Assembly (NCBI GenBank): GCA_964592255.1
Contig: CAZQCI010000002.1
Location: 1-60,480, forward strand
Direction: 5' to 3'
Source of the DNA: an uncultured Nitrospiraceae bacterium
Lineage (GTDB): Bacteria; UBA10199; SBBF01
DNA length: 60,480 nucleotides
In this document: positions 57,303 to 60,480 of the stretch, piece by piece
Layout: each line of letters opens with the position of its first letter
How positions within the stretch are numbered: position 1 is the stretch's first letter
Notes under the pieces: generated by a model
Database searches by the model: none
What the model was told of the DNA's origin: nothing
Seen by the model: the letters and a program-made list of their open reading frames with translations, nothing else
Position numbers and translations under genes: made by a program

Positions 57303-57928
57303 ATATTGATTTGAGCTGAATGAGTTTTTTCAAACCGGGTGATGTCGGCTTCAAAGCGTAGGCTTTGGCCGATTTCATCCAAACCTTCTAAAAAGTATTG
57401 TTTCACTCCTGGATCGATAGAGAAAGAAAATTCTTGAGAAGGAAAAGTGATTTTTTGAGATTGAAGATCAACGGTTGCTTTTAATCCTTGATTAGCGTTG
57501 ACGAGAGATATCATATTTTCCACTTCTTTTTCCGAAAGCTCAATGAGTAACAGTCCATTTTTGGTGCTGTTATTTCTAAAAATATCGGCAAAACCCGGAA
57601 GAGTGTCGTTTCCATTTTTCTTTTTTGGAGCGATGACGACTTTAAATCCGGCTTGGACGACAGCCCAAACAGCGTGCTCGCGGGAAGAACCGCAACCAAA
57701 ATTATTGCCGGTGATTAAAATGGAGGCATCCTTAAAACGTGGGCTGTTGAGTTCAAAATCCGGATTAGGTTTTCCATCCGGTAGATAACGCCAATCTTCA
57801 AAAAGATGTTCACCGTAACCTGTGCGTTTGATCGATTTTAAAAAATCCTTTGGGATAATTTGATCGGTATCGATATTCCCTCGGTTGAGAATGCCCACTA
57901 GGCCAGTATGTGTTTTAAATGAGTCCAT
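57299..57928 (-). CDS. leuD: 3-isopropylmalate dehydratase small subunit
   Basis: Aconitase swivel domain with IDTDQIIPK and GNNFGCGSSREHA motifs. Downstream of leuC. Confidence 0.92.
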   Translation of the reverse strand: MDSFKTHTGLVGILNRGNIDTDQIIPKDFLKSIKRTGYGEHLFEDWRYLPDGKPNPDFELNSPRFKDASILITGNNFGCGSSREHAVWAVVQAGFKVVIAPKKKNGNDTLPGFADIFRNNSTKNGLLLIELSEKEVENMISLVNANQGLKATVDLQSQKITFPSQEFSFSIDPGVKQYFLEGLDEIGQSLRFEADITRFEKTHSAQINI

Positions 57929-57935
57929 AAGAGTT

Positions 57936-57975
57936 GAGTAACCTCCCCCGGCCCCCTCTTATGATTAAGAGGGAG
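57936..57975 (+). repeat. CCCTCTTA-palindrome family repeat, leuC-leuD spacer, copy 1
   Basis: GAGTAACCTCCCCCGGCCCCCTCTTATGATTAAGAGGGAGG. Confidence 0.7.
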
Positions 57976-57987
57976 GAGATTTCTTTT

Positions 57988-58023
57988 CCCCCTCTTAGTA
58001 TAAGAGGGGGTTAGGGGGAGTTA
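57988..58023 (-). repeat. CCCTCTTA-palindrome family repeat, leuC-leuD spacer, copy 2 (opposite orientation)
   Basis: The reverse complement TAACTCCCCCTAACCCCCTCTTATACTAAGAGGGGG is nearly identical to the 11.75-kb copy. Confidence 0.7.
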
Positions 58024-58028
58024 AAAAA

Positions 58029-59429
58029 TTATTTCCATTCCCTAATATCTACAAAATGCCCGGCAATGGCGGCCGCGGCTGCCATTTGCGGGCTTACCAA
58101 ATGTGTGCGTCCGCCTTTTCCTTGGCGACCTTCAAAATTACGGTTAGACGTAGAGGCGCATCGTTGGCCGGCTGTTAGTTTGTCTGGGTTCATGGCTAGA
58201 CACATGGAGCATCCGGCACTTCTCCATTGGGCTCCGGCTTCGGTAAAAATTTTATGCAGCCCTTCTGATTCCGCTTGGCGCAATACTGTTTCACTTCCAG
58301 GTACCACCATGGTTGTAACCCCTTTGGCGACTTTTTTTCCTTTAAAAATAGAAGCAGCGGCGCGGAGATCTTCAATTCTAGAATTGGTGCAACTACCGAT
58401 GAAGACAACATCCACTTTGACATCGGTTAATTTTGTTCCTGGTGTTAATCCCATGTATTGAAGGGCTTTTTCTACGTCTGAAGACGTTAAACCAGGAACT
58501 TCGCCAGGCTTGGGAATGATGCCATTGACATCCATCACCATGCCAGGGCTTGTGCCCCACGTGACTTGGGGTGCCATCTGTGAAACATCAATATCTAAAA
58601 CGCGATCGTAAGTGGCGCCTTCATCACTGGATAAAGATTTCCAGTACGCGATTGCTTCTTCTAATTTTTTTCCTTTCGGTGCAAAAGGCCTGTCTCCATT
58701 TGCAAGATATTGAAAAGTCGTTTCATCCGGCGCAATCAGGCCTGCACGGGCACCGGCTTCGATGGTCATATTACAGACTGTCATACGGGCTTCCATCGAA
58801 AGACTACGGATAGCCTCACCACAATATTCCAGCACATAACCCGTGCCACCCGCAGTGCCAATGACACCGATGAGTTTTAAAATTAAATCTTTGGCAGTAA
58901 CCCCTTGGGGGATTTTCCCATTAAAAACGACCCGCAGGGTTTTGGGTTTTTTCTGAACCAAACATTGCGTGGCCAATACATGTTCCACCTCGCTCGTTCC
59001 AATGCCAAACGCAAGGGCTCCAAAAGCTCCATGAGTGGAGGTATGGCTGTCACCGCAGACAATGGTGTTACCGGGAAGCGTTAGCCCCAGTTCCGGGCCA
59101 ATTACATGCACAATCCCTTGCTTCTCACTGTCGAGCCCGTAGAGCGTAATACCAAACTCGCGGCAATTTTTTTCCAGCGTGGAGACCTGCTCCTTGGCAA
59201 TAGGATCAGTAATATTTAATTTGTTGATGGTGGGCACGTTGTGATCCATTGTGGCAATGGTCAGCTTGGGTTGGCGAACCTTACGACCCGCCAGACGAAG
59301 CCCTTCAAAGGCTTGCGGAGAAGTAACTTCGTGAATTAAATGCCGATCGATGTATAAAAGGGTGTTCCCATCCGGAAGTTCTTTAACGACGTGGGATTCC
59401 CATACTTTGTCAAAAAGGGTTTTCTTCAT
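58029..59429 (-). CDS. leuC: 3-isopropylmalate dehydratase large subunit
   Basis: [16 protein letters not shown]-terminus and aconitase-family Fe-S ligand motifs ([20 protein letters not shown]). Confidence 0.95.
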   Translation of the reverse strand: MKKTLFDKVWESHVVKELPDGNTLLYIDRHLIHEVTSPQAFEGLRLAGRKVRQPKLTIATMDHNVPTINKLNITDPIAKEQVSTLEKNCREFGITLYGLDSEKQGIVHVIGPELGLTLPGNTIVCGDSHTSTHGAFGALAFGIGTSEVEHVLATQCLVQKKPKTLRVVFNGKIPQGVTAKDLILKLIGVIGTAGGTGYVLEYCGEAIRSLSMEARMTVCNMTIEAGARAGLIAPDETTFQYLANGDRPFAPKGKKLEEAIAYWKSLSSDEGATYDRVLDIDVSQMAPQVTWGTSPGMVMDVNGIIPKPGEVPGLTSSDVEKALQYMGLTPGTKLTDVKVDVVFIGSCTNSRIEDLRAAASIFKGKKVAKGVTTMVVPGSETVLRQAESEGLHKIFTEAGAQWRSAGCSMCLAMNPDKLTAGQRCASTSNRNFEGRQGKGGRTHLVSPQMAAAAAIAGHFVDIREWK

Positions 59430-59497
59430 AGAACAAAAAGACCTATCACGAGTTTTTGGCTGATATCAAGGGTCAAATTCTTACATGAAGAAGAGTT

Positions 59498-60480
59498 TTA
59501 GAAAAGATAATCCTCCGGCTTGAGGTCCGGCATTCTGGTTTTGATGTCATCAAGAACTGCTTGAAGATCTGGGGGTATAGGGATTGTTCCCGATTTGAGT
59601 TCTGCTATTCTTGTATCAAGAAGACCATGGTCATCCAAACTATCATAGTTTTCCCATCGACGCTGGAAAATAATGGACATAAAACAATATAAAAAGTCTT
59701 TATCATAAGCTCCGTCCCGATTGAGGGTGATAAAGGCCCTGCTGAATTCGGGAGTCCACTCGGCCATGAAATCATCAATGTTATAGCCCCAATAAGCTGC
59801 GCCGATATCGAGCATTCTTAAAAGATATTGGTTGTTTGGATTATTATAATTTGGATTAGAGGAATCGCGTCCGCCTGTTATCGGCAAGCCTTTTTGGATT
59901 GCCGTGTTTCTTTGGCGTTCGTGCATGCCTTGCAGAATTAAAGTAATGTTTTCAGGCAAAGGTTCTTGGCTCCGCACGACCGGCTGCAGCATATTGAACA
60001 ACTCTGTGTCCCACACGTCACTAAGCAATTGATTCTTGCTCATCAGAAAAAGGTTTGGAATAATCCATCGCTTGAGTGCCTTATCGTATTTTCCGTCTTG
60101 ATTGAGGCTGGCAAAGGCCTTGCTGAATTCGGGAGTCCATTTTTGAAAATATTGTGTAAATTCCTCGTCGCTTGAATTCTCGAGATACGTATCTTTACTA
60201 TCGAGGCGCTCGATGATCCATTTATTTTCTTCTGTATAGTTAGGGTTGGCGCTTGTTCTCCCGCCTTCTGCTGGAATAGGTGTGTAAGGAATAGAAGGTG
60301 GAGTCGCTGTAGAGCCTGTCGGTCTGGGAGTTATTGGTATTGTAGAAGCAGAGTCTTGTGTTGTTGGCGTCGTCAATACCGGTAGGCTGGAAGTGAGATT
60401 TTTTCTGTGCGAAGCCCACCCTACACTAAAACCAAACCCCCATTGGCCTTTGGCTTCTGTCGAAAGTCCGCTGTAATTTT
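59498..60480 (-). CDS. Hypothetical protein, 5' end outside window; Thr/Pro linker followed by two tandem copies of an unknown ~125-aa module
   Basis: The minus-strand frame stays open from 60376 to the window edge (…GFGFSVGWASHRKNLTSSLPV-LTTPTTQD…). The module repeats GGR-S-NPNY ... WTPEFS(K/R)AF..LN(Q/R)DG.YDK. Confidence 0.6.
   Translation of the reverse strand, partial: NYSGLSTEAKGQWGFGFSVGWASHRKNLTSSLPVLTTPTTQDSASTIPITPRPTGSTATPPSIPYTPIPAEGGRTSANPNYTEENKWIIERLDSKDTYLENSSDEEFTQYFQKWTPEFSKAFASLNQDGKYDKALKRWIIPNLFLMSKNQLLSDVWDTELFNMLQPVVRSQEPLPENITLILQGMHERQRNTAIQKGLPITGGRDSSNPNYNNPNNQYLLRMLDIGAAYWGYNIDDFMAEWTPEFSRAFITLNRDGAYDKDFLYCFMSIIFQRRWENYDSLDDHGLLDTRIAELKSGTIPIPPDLQAVLDDIKTRMPDLKPEDYLF

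Overview
This is a 60.5-kb chromosomal window from a Gram-negative bacterium. LolA, SecDF, beta-barrel outer-membrane proteins and lipoboxes support that. It looks moderately AT-rich by eye. A Bdellovibrio-like or deltaproteobacterial-type lineage is only an inference from the gene families present.

Gene content in order:
- 1-16.7 kb: an almost complete division/cell-wall (dcw) cluster: ftsI(partial)-murE-murF-mraY-murD-ftsW-murG-murC-murB-ddl-ftsQ-ftsA-ftsZ.
- 16.7-29 kb: ftsK-lolA, a DUF2203-like gene, a DoxX-like gene, an ABC-F ATPase, a minus-strand hrpB / L,D-transpeptidase / nth operon, and a long FadE-type acyl-CoA dehydrogenase.
- 29-36 kb: an orphan sensor kinase coupled to a small beta-barrel, an arfB-like gene with orn, a BI-1/YccA-like gene, a Cys-rich secreted protein, and an enoyl-CoA hydratase.
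- 36-47 kb: a vapBC-type toxin-antitoxin pair, tgt-yajC-secD-secF-recJ, a phasin-like gene, and a preQ0 operon (queC, unknown gene, queE).
- 47-60.5 kb: several unknown envelope proteins; an HTH-like gene followed by two tandem paralogous Asp-rich lipoproteins; a DUF1302-like / LolA-like outer-membrane pair split by a gene-remnant scar; leuCD; and a truncated gene with an internal duplication.

I saw no rRNA, tRNA, CRISPR array, transposase or integrase.

The most unusual sequence-level signal is two families of short palindromic repeats. They occupy operon spacers in the dcw cluster and between leuC and leuD. One copy sits in-frame inside tgt. Others supply the last codons of recJ and the first codons of the longest ORF of the LolA-like gene.

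Other points worth a second look:
- the very long, repeat-containing FtsZ linker;
- the uncharacterised gene embedded between queC and queE, with no queD in sight;
- the HTH plus twin-lipoprotein cassette behind an extremely AT-rich region.

All product calls rest on motif and family recognition by eye from the ORF translations. No database search, HMM or folding calculation was run.
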